Shown piece by piece: positions 12,975 to 27,609 of a stretch of 64,000 nucleotides of DNA. The DNA comes from Somniosus microcephalus. Taxonomy: Eukaryota. The position numbers and the translations under genes were made by a program. Position 1 is the stretch's first letter, and every line of letters starts with the position of its first letter. The stretch lies in the NCBI GenBank assembly GCA_052327205.1, contig CM126224.1, forward strand, positions 25,544,001 through 25,608,000. The letters are read 5' to 3'. A model generated the notes under the pieces. That model was not told the DNA's origin. It saw only the letters and a list, made by a program, of their open reading frames with translations, and did not search any database.

Positions 12975-13572
12975 GCACTTCAGTGCAGTAGTGAGGGAGT
13001 GCTGCACTGTCAAAGGATACCCCTTGAGTGGATGCAAAAGATCCCATAGCACTATTTGAACAAGAGGAGGCGAGTTCTCCTGATGTCCTCGTCCAGCATC
13101 ACTAAAACAGATTATCTGGTTATTAATCTTATTGCTGTGCACAAATTGGTACATTACAACAGTGATTCCACTTCAGAAGTACAGGAAACTTTCGATTTAC
13201 CGGCACCTAAATAACCGGAAATCTTGGTTAACCGGCAAAATTCAGGAGTAGGTTCAAGTAACTTTTATTACTTTTTTTTACTCCATTTGTTGATGTGCAA
13301 GGGTGTGGCTGCAGCTGTTGCTAAGCTACAGAGACGCTTGCAACTTGTGCCCATTGTTCTGAAGCTGTAAGCAACAGGGTTTGTTGCTTTATACGGAGCT
13401 CTCGGCTCCGTATCTTTTACTATAGCGTTCGGTTATCCGGAATTTTTGATGAACCGGCACCACGTCGGTCCCGTCCGTGCCGGATAAAAAAAAGTTTCCT
13501 GTACTTCGTTGGCTATGCAGAACTATGTGATGTCCTGAGGTTGTGAAAGGCGTGATATAACTGCAAATTATT
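12975..13572 (+). mobile_element. Deu-domain SINE (5'-truncated) split by a MITE
   Basis: gagggagtgctgcactgtc...aaagatcccatagcactatttgaa...; tail resumes after 13503. Confidence 0.78.
13182..13501. mobile_element. Tc1/mariner superfamily (pogo/Tigger-like) MITE nested in a SINE
   Basis: TIRs CAGGAAACTTTCGATTTACCGGCAC / GTGCCGGATAAAAAAAAGTTTCCTG, TA TSD, subterminal ACCGG repeats. Confidence 0.85.
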
Positions 13573-14612
13573 TGTCGTCTTAGTATCCTTAAAAACCTAG
13601 AGCATTAAAATGTTTTGTGTATACCAGTTCAGATTTTTTCCTGTTCCTGAGCATTCGGATGCAGGAGTTGGATTGCTATACAACAAATCCATGTGTTTAT
13701 AAGCAACTAATGTGGGTACTCGTGGAGACAATTTCTTCTAAAAGGATATGCTGAACCATAAGGGATAAATATTTTGTTTAACTTGGGTGCAGGCAAAATG
13801 GAAGGTGTTGTCCAATTTCAAATATTTTAAGGCAGCAGCATTACTTAGAATTTTTTCTGCCGATGTTTCATTTAAACAGTCTGGTCAGTTAGCCATACCG
13901 ATGTGCGATAACAATTGATAACAAAACACTTCAACTTAGATAGTACAAATAGACCTATTGACCATGAATAATTTTTTGTCAATTTTGCAGTTCTGGCAGA
14001 TTCTTCTTTAAGTGTTCACCATTAAATTAAAAGAGAACCACAATTTCCAATAGTAATTAACTTGAGTATATTGTGAAGGCATCATTAGCATTAAAGTAAC
14101 CTTTATGCCTCTTGCTTTTAACTGACTTCATGTAGATAATGACTTTCAAGAGCATTTGTTAAAAGGTAAATGGTAATGAGCATTCAGAGACAGGAAAGTC
14201 TTGGTGCCATTTTCTGTACAAAGAAATGTAAGAATCTTGGTGTAAACAGTGTAAAATTAAGGGTTGTACTTGATGTCTCCTTGTAATTTAAGTGCCCAGA
14301 ATAACCTTAACACATCCTACAACTTGCGTGATATATACTTTATTCTTCTAAAACACAACTCTTTCATTAACGTCTTCAATAAAGAGTTATGGGCACAAAA
14401 TTTTCCTGCACGATTCATCGAAATGAGGCTAGTGTCATTTTTCAACATTTTTTTTTTTGTATTGCAGGTAATCTGATGAGATAAAAATAAAGCTTGGTAT
14501 TGACATTTGGTTAAAATCGAGGGCTATGTATTCTAGCCCCCCTTCAAAAAAAGCTAATGATGGGCAGAGTGTTAACTATCAAACATCACTTGGTTAAAGT
14601 TGTTGTCAGAGG

Positions 14613-14775
14613 CCATAAGATAATAATGGTTGAGGAAGGCCATTTGGGCCATTGTCATTCATCCAGCCAGAGAGATCCCAATGTCTCCCCATTGTAACAT
14701 CCAAACATTTCTTAAATGATTCCAGGGTTTTGCCTCTACGACTTCGAAGTTTATTCCACATGTTGACAGCCTGCC
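14613..14775 (-). mobile_element. Decayed CR1 3' tail
   Basis: cataagat...ggaaggccatttgggcccat...ttattccacatgttga. Confidence 0.5.
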
Positions 14776-15899
14776 AGAACTTTAATGTTTTAAGGAATTA
14801 TAGTGAAAGTCTGTTTTTCAGACTATGGCAGGATTGATATTCCATAAAAAGATCTTGCTCTGGCTTCAAGGGGAACATAATGAAGAATTGTAGTATACAA
14901 TTTATATCTTGTGAATGGCCGAACCCAATTATTGACAAGTGAGTAATGGAAGGGATTAGAGGGATGTTGTTTGTGTACAAAGGACCATCATTATATGTTC
15001 GGTTTACTAGATAGGTAATTTTTTTGTATTTTATCATTTTTATAGGAGTATCTGGGTGATTGAATCCATTTGATGGGAACTTTAGAAAGCACCACCTCAT
15101 TATAGAATGCCATTCAGATATCTAGTTCGTTCTTATTTGTTCAGTGCCCAATTAACAATGGATACTCGATCACCAAGCAGAGAAAAATACCTAGGCATAT
15201 AGCTTCTTCCCTTTTAAGAAATTTGCTTCATGTATGAACATCTTTATTAATTTTTCTTTCCTTCTCCTTTCTTTACTCCCTGTCCCCCATTGTAGAGAAT
15301 GCTTTGTTCTGATTTACACGGTAATTCTTTTTCTCCAATCATTAGCAGTGTTCTTCACAGAAAAAGTGCATATAATTGTGCTTTTATATTTAAAATTAGT
15401 TGCAATAGCCTTTTTCAGAATTTAACGTTTTTGTAATTATTTTTCTGAGGTTTCAGTCACCTAACGTGATCTCTGCAATGCAGAGTAGCCAACACAAGTG
15501 TTATTTTCCAATGTTCCATATTGGCCATCCAAGGCCCAATGCACCAGGTTTTCAAATGTACAACAAATGGCATGGATCCTTTCCAATGATTGGCGTTCTG
15601 TCTATTTGCATCATCTACCAACATTGCATGATTTACCTGGCCTTTCTCAGTAAATCCTGTCATGGACACAGCTCTATTAGGGAGATGTCATCAATCTAAG
15701 ATGTCCTCTGATTAAAGGGTTGCTTGGATATTGTTTCCTTAGCTTTGAGACTTTCTGAACATATCAAGTTCACACAGGTTGCCAAGACAATATCTCTAAG
15801 TACCCGTAGACACCACTAGCTTCTTATCGTCACAAGTGAATACCACTGGTTTTTATGTACCAGCAAAATTGGTTGAAACAAGTGGGACCTATCCAGAGA

Positions 15900-16220
15900 T
15901 TTTGGAAAGAGGGTTAAGAAGGCATGTTTTTTTTAGGAAAGTACTTCCCTCCCCTGCAACCTCTATACCCAAGAAGGGTGAGAGCTGCAATGCCATGGGA
16001 ACATTATTACCTCCAAGTTCTCCTCTAAGTAACATGCCATATTGACTTGGACGTATATCACGTTCCTCTATCGTCATCGGACTAATATCCTGAAATTCCC
16101 TATCTACAAGAACTTCAGCAGTTCAAACGGAAGGCCCTCATCACTTTCTCAGGGCAACTAGGGATGAGCCAAAAATGTCACCTTGCCGGGGTTGCCTACA
16201 TCCCAAGAAGTGTTTAAAAT
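15900..16220 (+). mobile_element. Older copy of the same LINE 3' end
   Basis: atcctgaaattcccta...cagcagttcaaacggaaggcc...ttctcagggcaactagggatg...tacatcccaag. Confidence 0.6.
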
Positions 16221-17379
16221 AAACTCCCAACAAAATTCGGTGTGTTTACCCTTGTGAATGTATGTGGGTGTGTATCATTTTATAAATAAAAATTAGGTAG
16301 TCAAGAACAAGTCTAGTCTTTAGCTGTAGCCCAGTTAGAGGGCAAGGTTAATTGGACGAGGATTTAATTCAGTCCCCATTTTGAAATCGTACTTTCTGTC
16401 CTTATTTCCTTTTACAGATTGCTATGTCCACATTTATAATGGAAGTTACCTATGTAAACTTCTCGTGCTGTAATTATATCCTCCCACCAGTGGTGGCATT
16501 CTCCTCCTTTCAAACGGTTGATATGGGTAGTTTGAGTGGTTATCTTGCCAGCTTAGGAAATACTGCCCTAACATAAGAGGGATATCGGGATGCTTTAAAA
16601 GTTGCAGTTGCTAATTTCAATTGTACACATTTTGTGGTGTCCTTTGATCTCTGATAAAGCCCCTATACTTTTAAATTATGCTATGTAGTTATATGGCAGT
16701 TGTCACAGTACATGCCAACCGCTAAAGCACTACTTTGTAGCAATCAGCACCACAACCATATTTGTACCAGATTTCGATAGCTAGGGGTACCAAAAGTAAC
16801 AGGGATTTAATATCTGTAATGATAATTTCGTAGCATTTGTTCCAGAAAAATCTGTCTTTGTAATGTGGATAAAGCTTTTAAGAAAACAAACCACTGACAT
16901 TCAAAGGTCTACTTTTACAATTTACATGGGGAATTTATGGAAAATCCTGTTGTCATATGTTAAAACCTCTGTTGCACATTGATTACTCAAGTGTTAAAAT
17001 GAACTACACTATAACAGCAAAGCACCAGATTTGTTACAAAAAAGTAACTTATCAGAATAGGGGGGAAAAAATGCTCAAAACCCTGAATTTATAACCAGCG
17101 GTATTAAAAGCCAAAATAAGCAAACTGCTCTCCAATTCTTGTATATTTATCTGCAGAAAGTACCAGAGAACTTGGTCAGGTTTTTTTTCTATCCCAGAAT
17201 GCATAGTCCTTAATAAAATTAAACCGAACATGTTTCTCAATCCGTATAGCTTCTATTAAAGTTTGAAAAAGTTTCCACTCATTTTGTTGTCAACCATTAA
17301 TAATGAGCGGTTTTAAATGGGTATTATTAAATACAGACCTCTTTGTAAAGCCGTGCCTCTTAACCACAAATGCTTGTCA

Positions 17380-17760
17380 GTAATCACACCTATAGAAACT
17401 TGTAATTTTCTTCAAGGAAATGACACTGACAGAATAAAAAAAAATCATGGTGCTCCATGAAAAGCAAATTCATTACAAATTAGTGGTGGTCCTAGCAAAG
17501 CAGCAGGCAAAGGCGTGTCAAGTACTGATACTGATAAAGAAACCTAGCATTTTAAACTGTCAGAGGCAGAAGCTCAGCTAGCATTGGAACACATTAATCA
17601 CATATTGTCAGCTAAAACTTGCATCAAATTAACACATTGGAATCCAGAATATTAATCTGAGAATGCATTCACCTGATTATTACAGAATACCATTGCCACA
17701 TTTTTTTAAAACCCAAAAGATATAATTAAGTGGCTTGAATGGAAACAGCAGATAATAAAC
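17380..17760. promoter_or_regulatory. Candidate conserved non-coding element with clustered MEIS/TALE sites
   Basis: TGACA/TGTCA at 17421, 17427, 17516, 17558 and 17606, plus several TAAT cores. Conservation not tested. Confidence 0.45.
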
Positions 17761-19978
17761 ATCTATCGTTTTTGATGTTTTTACAGCATGCAAGATGTAA
17801 AGTTAATGTTCCTGTGGATGACATTTTGTTAATAGCTGAGAACTTGTCAGATAGAATTGTTTAACTTTTTTCAAAGATAAAATATGTTTCGCCATTGTGC
17901 TTCTGTTAAACCATGATTACATTTTTCTTTTGCAGAAGCTTGATGTTCAGTGCTCTACCAGTATGTTAGGATTCCACTGACTAAAACCCAATGCTATTTT
18001 TCTTGGGCATTCATGTCAGTCGATTGATTATAGTGCAATATTAAAGGTGAATTAGGTCCTGTTAAAATCAATATCGACACTGTAGTTGACTATTAGTATT
18101 ATAAATCGCCTCGTATATGCTCAGACAATGTTGTGAACGAATTAAATGTGATCTTTACATGCCTTCTCCGTAAACATTTTCTTACCAGTAGCTAAAGAAG
18201 ATTCCCAGTTCCTGTTAATTTTTATAAATATTGCATCAATCAGCTCTAATGTGATTAATGAACGGGAAACTAGATGGTGTGTATATTTTAACTGCACCGT
18301 TGTACAGGAACCATCAACTGCAAGGTGAAATATCCAATTTCATATGTATGCTTTGTTCATGATTTTCTAAATCATTTGTAGCTTAGTTGTTGGCAGTGAA
18401 AATCAATAATATAGATTGTTTAGCAGTTTTTTTTTTAAAGTTACTTTTGAATGAACTGAACCAAAGGCCAAGTTTGGTTAACTTTTATTGTGTGTGTCAT
18501 TGACCACTATGTTAGATATTCATCTGATTAACTTTGAAAAATTATGACTATTGAATAGTCCCTTTAGTAAATTTCATTTTTTTCTGAGAGCATATTATCC
18601 ACGCTGCTAACAAATCAAAATGAACTCTTTTTTTTTTAAATGATCCTTCACAAACCAAAGAAGACAAGGGGTAGTAGATGCCATGCTGGTAAATAGTATC
18701 ATTGCTGTCTGTTCACACCCTTACAGCCTTGTGTGCTTCATCAAATGCAGTCAGAGTCAAATGCATTGGACTTTTTTGTTTCCTTCCTTTTTCTTAACCC
18801 AGGGGAGCTGATGCAGATTGTAGCATCCCAGCTGCTGCACTGACTTAAAGCAAGAATTAAACCTGTGACCTTACTCGTGTATATGGGTAAAATCGCTGAG
18901 CCATCAGGGAAGCTTTTATAAGTTTTCTGTAATGAAAACAGTGTATTTGTCAAATATTCTTAACCATATTGCCATAGCTGAACTATAGTTTACTTTGAAG
19001 AGAACTTCAGCTGCCAATATTTAAATGCCATTGTAAACATGAGGATACATCTTTAGTCTTCAATCTGTTCACAGAAAAAATGTGCTGGTACTGCAGTTTT
19101 TGTTTTTCAAAAAATAAAACTGCCAGAATCTTTAAGCCTTAAACAGATAAATAGTTGAGATGAGAATTTTTGGTACCGTGTGATTGTATCCCTGTTGTAA
19201 TTTTGAAGTGCTGCAGAGATTTGCTGCCTCAAACAGATAAGATTCCAAGTGCAATATATTTCAACAAAGCAAGTACAGTATTGTGTTTATCATGGAGAGA
19301 AAATAAAGAGCATGTGGGTCAACCTCTTGCTTTCACATGTGCCAGAATAAGCCATTTCTCAATTTTATTTGGCTGTAGTAATTTTTTCCATTGGAATAAT
19401 TAAATAGAAGATTTGAAGAGTATCTACATTGTAATTTATGGCTTATTTCATTCTTATATAATAGTAGGTCCCCCATGATCTTGCTCACAGTAAATCAAAG
19501 GATACAATTACTTTATAATGATGGGTGTTTGGCATTTATCGCATGGTATTGGTTGTGCTGCAAAGGTGGAATTGTGTTTAATTTTCTTTCCACTTCAGGA
19601 TACAAAGTCCAATTGTTGTAAATCGGCACATCTTCAGGGCAATTAGAGATTAATTGCTGTAGCTGTAGATTTCATTGATCATTTTAAAACTGCAGTTATC
19701 AAACTGTTTGGATCTGGAACATTGAAGGGGTGGAATTCCATACACTTTGGATTTTCTTTTTCCGCTTTCTCTTCCCATCTTGAAAATAATCACTCGTGCT
19801 GAGATACAGTTCTCTTTGTTGCTGGAAGGTCTCCACAACTTCACCCAAGTGACTAATTGAGTTTGAACCAATTGAATGATGGGATACTTTGCCTGCTTGT
19901 GCCACTTTGTCTTCTGTTTCTATATTGTGCACATTCTAAATAATTGCATCACTCTTGCCTAATTGACATTGAAGAGTA

Positions 19979-20302
19979 CAGGAAACTCTCTTTTAACCGG
20001 CACCTAAATAACCAGAAATCTCTGTTAACCGGCAAAATTCAGGAGTAGGTTCAGGTAAGTTTTACTTCATATTAGTGACAGTTCCTGGATCTGTGGCTGT
20101 GTAACTGGGGTTCCTGCACTACAGGGATGCGTGGTCTGTGGCCGAAGTTCCTGCACATGTTGCTAAGCAACAGGGAAGCCTGGATTTGTTGCTGTGTGCA
20201 GAGCTCTCGTACCTTTTAAACTATACCTCTCTGTAATCCGGACTTTTTGATAAACCAGCACCACGCCGGTCCCGTTGGTGCCGGATAATAAAGAGTTTCC
20301 TG
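19979..20302. mobile_element. Second pogo/Tigger-like MITE
   Basis: TIRs CAGGAAACTCTCTTTTAACCGGCAC / GTGCCGGATAATAAAGAGTTTCCTG, TA TSD. Ends are homologous to 13182-13501. Confidence 0.85.
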
Positions 20303-20728
20303 TATAAGACAATCTTTTCAAACTGCTGGGACGTGTGAGGAATATATACAGTCAAAAAAAGTCAGTTGTTGTAGTTGCACATTCTGTTGCAGGTAGCTGT
20401 GGTTGCAGGGGAAGAGAGGTTTGCTTAGGAAGGAAGGTGAAGTGAGTGGACACGTGTCTTTAAAAAAATGCATCCCAGCCTATGTGGATAAATGCATATT
20501 TAAAAACTGCAGCCCCAGGGGTTCGGTCACTCCCGAGGGCCTTGGGTCGACTTGATGTCACAGCCAGTGTTGATTCCTGTGGAGCCACCAGAGTGGCCTA
20601 CCAGCAATGGAGGCACGACCAGAGGGTTTCATACCAGTTTAAAAAAACATCAAATTTCTTCTGAGGCTAATATTTTCTTTAAAATGGGGAAGTATTTGAA
20701 TTGAATTTATAATGAGGAACAAAGACAT

Positions 20729-22428
20729 GGCAGACCAATTAAATACATACTTTGGTTCTGTCTTCACAAAGGAGGACACAAATAAACTCCCAGAGATGTC
20801 GGGGAACATAGGGTCTAATGAGAGGGAGGAACTGAATGAAATCAGTATTTGTAGGGAAATTGACGGGATTGAAGGCCGATAAATCCCCAGGGCCTGATGA
20901 TCTACATCCTAGGGTACTTAAGGAAGTGGCCCTGGAAATAGTAGATGCATTGCTGGTCATCTTCCAAAATTCTCTAGACTCTGGAACAGTTCCCATGGAT
21001 TGGAGGGTAGCTAATGTAACCCCACTATTTAAAAAAGGTGGTAGAGAAAAAACAGGGAATTATAGACTGGTAAGCCTGACATCGGTAGTGGGGAAAATGT
21101 AAGAGTCCATTATAAAAGATGTAATAGCAGAGCACTTGGAAAACGGTGACAGGATCGGACAACGTCAACATGGATTTACAAACATGCTTGACTAATCTAC
21201 TGGAATTTTTTGAGGATGTAACTGGTAGAATAGATAAGAGAGAACCAGTGGATGTGGTGTATTTGGACTTTAGAAGGCTTTCGATAAGGTCCCGCATAAG
21301 AGACTAGCGTGCAAAGTTAAAGCACATGGGATTGGGGGTAAGGTACTGACTTGGACAGAAAACTGGTTGGCAGACAGGAAGCAAAGAGTTGGAATAAACG
21401 GGTCTTTTCCGAGTGGAAGGCAGTGACTAGTGGGGTACCGCAAGGATCGGTGCTAGGACCCCAGTTATTCACAATATATATTAATGATCTAGACGAGGGA
21501 ACTAGATTTAATATCTCCAAGTTTGCAGACGACACAAAGCTGGGTGGTGTGGGAAGGATGCAGAGAAACTCCAGTATGATTTGGGCAGGTTGGGTGATTG
21601 GGCAGATGCATGGCAGATGCAGTATAATGTGGATAAATGCGAGGTTATCCACTTTAGTGGCAAAAACAGGAAGGCAGATTATTATCTGAATGGTAATAGA
21701 TTGGGAGAAGGGGAAGTGCACGAGACCTGGGTGTCCTTGTGCACCAGTCGCTGAAGGTAAGCATGCAGGTGCAGCAGGCGGTTAAGAAGGCAAATGGTAT
21801 GCTGGCCTTCATAGCGAGAGGATTCGAGTACAGGAGCAAGGATGTCTTGCTGCAGTTGTACAGGGCCTTGGTGAGACCACACCTTGAGTATTGTGTGCAG
21901 TTTTGGTCGCCTTATCTGAGGAAGGATGTTCTTGCCATGGAGGGAGTGCAGCGAAGATTCACCAGACTGATACCTGGGATGGCAAGAATGACGTATGAAG
22001 AGAGATTGGGCCGATTAGGCTTATACTCGCTGGAGTTTAGAAGAATGAGAGGGGATCTCATTGAAACTTATAAAATTCTAACAGGAGTAGACAGACTAGA
22101 TGCAGGAAGGATGTTCCCGATGGCGGGGGAGTCCAGAACCAGGGGTCACAGTCTAAGGATAAGGAGTAAGCCATTTAGGACTGAGATGAGGAGAAATTTC
22201 TTCACCCAGAGAGTGGTGAACCTGTGGAATTCTCTACCACAGAAGACAGTTGAGGCCAATTCATTAAATATATTCAAGAAGGAGTTAGATATATTTCTTA
22301 AGGCTAAGGGGATCAAGGGATATGGGGAGAAAGCAGGGACAGGATACTGAATTTGGATGATCAGCCATGATCGCATTGAATGGCGGAGCAGGCTCGAGGG
22401 GCCGAATGGCCTACTTTTGCTCCTGTCT
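20729..22428 (+). mobile_element. CR1 LINE, 5'-truncated, frameshifted RT region to the 3' end
   Basis: [57 protein letters not shown]; tail gggccgaatggcct. Confidence 0.95.
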
Positions 22429-25400
22429 ACATCCCCTCTGACTTTCTTTCTCTGCAAACTATCAATTTTCAGTTTCTACTATAAAAGTTTTTTTTAAATC
22501 ACATTTCAGCACTTTTTTTAAGCAGGTAGCTTTACTCTCAAAAGAAACCCCATTCTTTTGCTCTGTAGCTTTAAATTAGTTGTGATGGTCAGTAGAAATT
22601 CTGACCTAAAAGCCAAATTATATTGACAGTGGAATTGTTTGATAGGGACAACATAATTATCCATTTTTCTTTTGTTTAATTATAGTATAAATTTTAATAA
22701 TGATGGGGTTTCATCATGGCTATAGATGCTCACTGGGAGGTGATGGCAGTCCTTTTGGATAGGCTGAGTTGCTGATGTTTTAATGGGAAGTGCTCAAAGG
22801 AATAATCCTTACAACTGCTTCCAGAGGAAATATTTCTGTTGCCGCTTGATCATCTGAAGGCAGTTTAGTAGCTATACTACAGTATTGGTTATTACTGGAA
22901 CTTTATTTACGGCAGAAGAGGTTCCAAAAGACTTCTCGTTGCATTTTAGTCTTATAACTTGTAAGGACACAAGAGGCTATTGTTGAATGCAGTGATTTCC
23001 ACAATGTAGCATATTTTTAAACTACTCTATTTCTAATTGCAAAGTAGTCATTTATATGCAGTTGCATAACAAAGCAAGCAGATGATTCATTGCATAATTA
23101 CCACAAATTCTGTGCAATAAATGCTGAAGTTGTGACACTTCAATCTTGATATTATAAAATCTCTTAGTACGTTGTGCTGGTGTGGGGGTCCGTCCTCCTG
23201 CAATCATTTCTCCCAGTTTAGCATCCACATACTTACTTTATTCCACACACAATAAATTTTAATGGACTATTAACAGTAAGTAAAAGTTTGGAAACTGATG
23301 AATTACTGAACAATTTTTTGTTTATTAGGTGTGTAATATACAAAACCGGATGGACTGAAGACTCGTACTATAATGAACAATTTACATAATAGACTCCATA
23401 TTACAACTTATCAGGAAAGCCTAAAATTGGACCTAGGCTTTATAAGGTAGCAAATAGCAGATGGCTGAGAGTGTAATGAGGCTGGAACAGACTCGAGGGG
23501 TTCGGATGTCATTACAAACGGAAAGATGAAAACTCGAGCAGTTTGTGAACGTGCAGAGTGCGCTACATCCTTGAGTTTCCACCCTCTCACCTCCTCTCCC
23601 TTCTCATGTCCAGTTGCTGTCGCTACTTCTCACCCCTATCACTGGCATGATTGCCGAGCTTTGTTTGTCTTCGGATTCTATTTTAAAAATACATATTTTA
23701 CATGATTACGAAGCTAGAATGGGCTTACTGGAAAAAAATTTGCGTGGTCTCAGGATAGAAGAGTGAGTGTTTCTATGCAGGAAATGTAACTTTTATTACA
23801 TTAGATTGGAATATTAAACTCAATTTTATTATGTTAACTTACACTTCATGCGTTTTCCAACACACAAGATGTTTTGAGTTAAAATTATTCAAATCAAATC
23901 CGAAACATGTATTAAATCTAAGTAATTGGAATGCCTGGGAATGTTTACGCACGGTTTCAGGGAAAAATCCCTCTGTTTATGTAATGCAACCTAATTCTAT
24001 TTATTTGACATCATTGTTGTCAAAATCTTTGTCAAGGACGTTTGCAGACTGCCTTTTGATTTAGGCTGTGTTCTTGTGCTCTTTTGTTCCCTTCATTTTC
24101 TCTTTTTTCCTTTGGGAAAGCGGAGAATAATTAAATCGAACATCTTCTCCGAGCAGCTGGAGTTGAATTCCAGCTGATTACAGCACCTGTGAAAACTGTG
24201 CGAGAGCCTCGGGGCTGCATGGTATTAGAAGGAACTGTGTCTGCCTAGTGACGATGGGTATGGAGCAGCACAGATTTGTCGCGGTAACATTCACTTCCTT
24301 CTGTGAGTTTCAGATGGTTTTAAAGCTAGAGTATGTGATGTGTCTTTTTAAGACTAATTAAGGGAATGATTTGTGAAACAGTGGCTATTTATTTAATTAA
24401 TCACCACTGCAGAGCTATGAAACCCATATTTTACAAATCCCTATTAGTTTGCCATGTGAGTAATAGATGGAGTTAGTTAGAAATGTGATGCTATGATGCT
24501 TTTGTAAAAAATGTGCATTTTGCACAATCTTGTTTGCTTTCCAATTTTCAAAATATTTCCTGGAATTCCCATTTTATATTTCTTAGAACTATATACCTAA
24601 TAAACTAAATCCACATTGTTGCTTACTATTAAGATATTGCAAATGCAATTTATTACAAGTGAAAATACCTTTCTAAAGTATCTGAAACCTTTCAAATATG
24701 CAAATTGTTCATTATAGCACCAGTCTTCTCATTTTGCATTTTAGACCTGTTCAGATTTTTTGTTACAAGAAAAATAAGTCTTCATCAAACCAACATGCTC
24801 TACGGCAATCAAAATATATCGTTTGTTTAGTATACTGTATAATTAACTGGTATGTTAGGAGGTGGGGTGGAATAATAGGTTGAAAAATCATGAATATGGT
24901 AATGCAGCCTAGAACTGATGTTGTAGTGATTATTGCAATGCAGATAAAGCATTTCTAGTAAGTGTCTGTGCCTACTGGAGCTTCATAAACATCTGGACCT
25001 TTTAATTGAAAAATAGTGTAGTGCTGTGCAGTGGCAGTGCTTATGCTAAACATACTGTACAACTAAGATGAAATATAATGTTTTAGTACTGTAGGAATTC
25101 TGAAAGCTGTTGTATTGGTTTAAATTCTTTGAGAATTGACATATTACTAGATATGTAAAATCAAAGATTCACTTATTATGAATACTGAAATAGTATTTTT
25201 GTGCCAAACATTTTTAAACAATTTTAAATTTATTTGGGAAGTGCTACTCAACAAAAGTTAAGTAGTTCAGTCCCTGTCACCACCTCCCCACCACCACCAC
25301 CACTATCATCTATAATTTTCTTGCATTCACCATTGGAAACTTGCTGAAAATCAATTTTTAAATAGCACTGGAAGAAAATCTTTTACTTCAAAAGCTGAAA

Positions 25401-27609
25401 GCGGTTTCCTGTGCTCACGTCATTAAAGCTTCATTTAAATGGAAAAATCTAATCACCTGATTTATTTAACAGCATTTTCAACTCTCCAAATATGATATTC
25501 CTTCTATTATACAGTTAAGTTGGTGTTAACCCCCCCCACCATTTAAATTTTTTGTTGTGCTCTCCAATCTCTGCACAGCCCTTCGAGAGTAGATTGTCTC
25601 CCGACTACCACACCAGTATTTGTCCGTAATTATCTGAAGGAAGTATAGTTGTTGTGGGGCAAAATGGGCAGTTTTTGTTTACCCCACCCCAATAGCAATG
25701 CACTCCACCTAGTGGCTTTGCTTAGAAATCTAAAACTTCCTCGCAGTTGTGGCAAACCTTTTCAAGTGACGGGAAGCCCCAGGACTAAAGCCCACAACCA
25801 TCTGGTAGAGAAATCACTATTGAAGCTATTAAGCCACCAGGCAACTATTCGTTTAAACTTGTATTTAATGTTAATAATTTCACGTATCCTGATTATTTTT
25901 TTTTAAAGGCCAAGCTGGTTAAAGAGCCAATATTGTAAAAGTACACTAAATGAATTTAACTGTTTAAAGAATATATAGATATATTGAAAATGCTAGAGGG
26001 TTAATACACTGCTTGCTTCAGTAAATTGCTATAATCATAATTTCACAGATGTGTAACTCATGGGATTTAAAACATAAACTTGCCTAGCCTGCTACACTGG
26101 AGCATTTTGCAGTGGTTGAGTGCTCAATCTCGGGAGACAAGAAAAGCCGTCAAGACAGGTTTTATCACCTAGAAGTAGCCCTCCTTTTAACTAACCGGCT
26201 TATTTCTGTTGGCCTTTTGAAAAGAACAATTTTGTGGTTTTGAAAGGGTGCCGGTTTGGTGCCATGAGTTGGCTTGCTCCTTCTTTCATTGAAACCCTAG
26301 TACAAATAATCCAAGCCAGATACTAGTAAAATCTCTCTCTGCTGGCTGTGAAGATTGTTTGTAAATTAGTCTAGGCAGTGTCAACCCAATTTTTACCATC
26401 TACAGATGAATATTGCTCATAATGAGGGACAAATTCACATTAAATTCCACAGTCTCGGTCCAAGAGACAATATTTGATGTGGAAAGAAGAAAAATATAAA
26501 CCAGTGCACTAGGATGTATTTTTCTGAGGGGGGGTGGGGGGGGGTGGTGTTGTTGATGGAAATTGTTGTGGCAGAGCAAAGGAAGTTTTTGTCTTCATGC
26601 AGCCTTGCTGTATCTCAGGTTTTCAGATGACAGCATTGCCTTCCTTTGGGTAGCAGCTGCTGTTTCTTGGAAGTTGGAGCAAGCGGTCCCTGAGTGTCAT
26701 TATTTACAGGAATCCACTGTTGCTGTATCTATCGGGAGGGCTTGATACTGGTGATGGATGATGAGGAAATGTACCACTACTAAGTATCAACCTCCCTCAC
26801 GTGAGATGACAAATAATTTCAAAAAACGCAATTTCAAGCACTTTTTATTTTTTATATTTTGGAGTAGGAGCAAGTCATTTGCGTTCCAGGGCTTGCTGTG
26901 TCTACAATCCGCTTGCCTCTAAGATTAGTCTATTATTTTTGGACAATTCTGGATGAGGAGTTTGTAATCTCTGCAAACTCACTTTCGTGGACAATGCCCA
27001 AACTGTTATGGTGGTTCCATTGCAAAAGGACCTGTGGTATTTGCTAAGTGCTGAGTAGTAATACTTTCTAGATATTCAGAAGCTGCTGGTACTCCTGTAC
27101 AATAAAGTACCGTGGCAAAAATCTATCCTAGTGACTTGATAGCAGCAGCCATCTTTTGTGGTTCCACAACCGGGAGCTGCTCTCCATGTCAAAGACTGTA
27201 TTGCATGTCCAACAGATTGATCATCTAGCCAGGTCTCTCTCTCTGTGAAAACACCAGAGCAATCTTCTGGGAGGTACAATAATTGCAGTCTTCTGATATA
27301 TAGCACAGAATACTCCTCTGTGAGGTAGATAGCACATTTAAGAGCCAGATACCCAGGAGACTCTTGTACATCAAGAGATGAGCTAGTGTTTTCACTCCCT
27401 ATCCAACCTAGGTTCACAGTAAAACCCCTGAGCAAGACTGCAGTACTCTTTCTCTGAGTGGGCTCCTCTCTCAGGAAGTAGCAAACCTGCTCTTCAACTG
27501 GTGGTATTTATTTGCTTCAGCGGAGGACAAGAAGTTGTACTACTTTCGTTGAAGGAGCCAAAATTACATGGCCCCCAAGCTCTCTGAAATTTTTCAGTTT
27601 CTGAAAAAT

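Noticed and set aside
21739-22350. 203-aa ORF (and the 222-aa ORF at 54390-55058) as functional RT genes
   Set aside because: Fragments of frameshifted, 5'-truncated CR1 ORF2; not autonomous.
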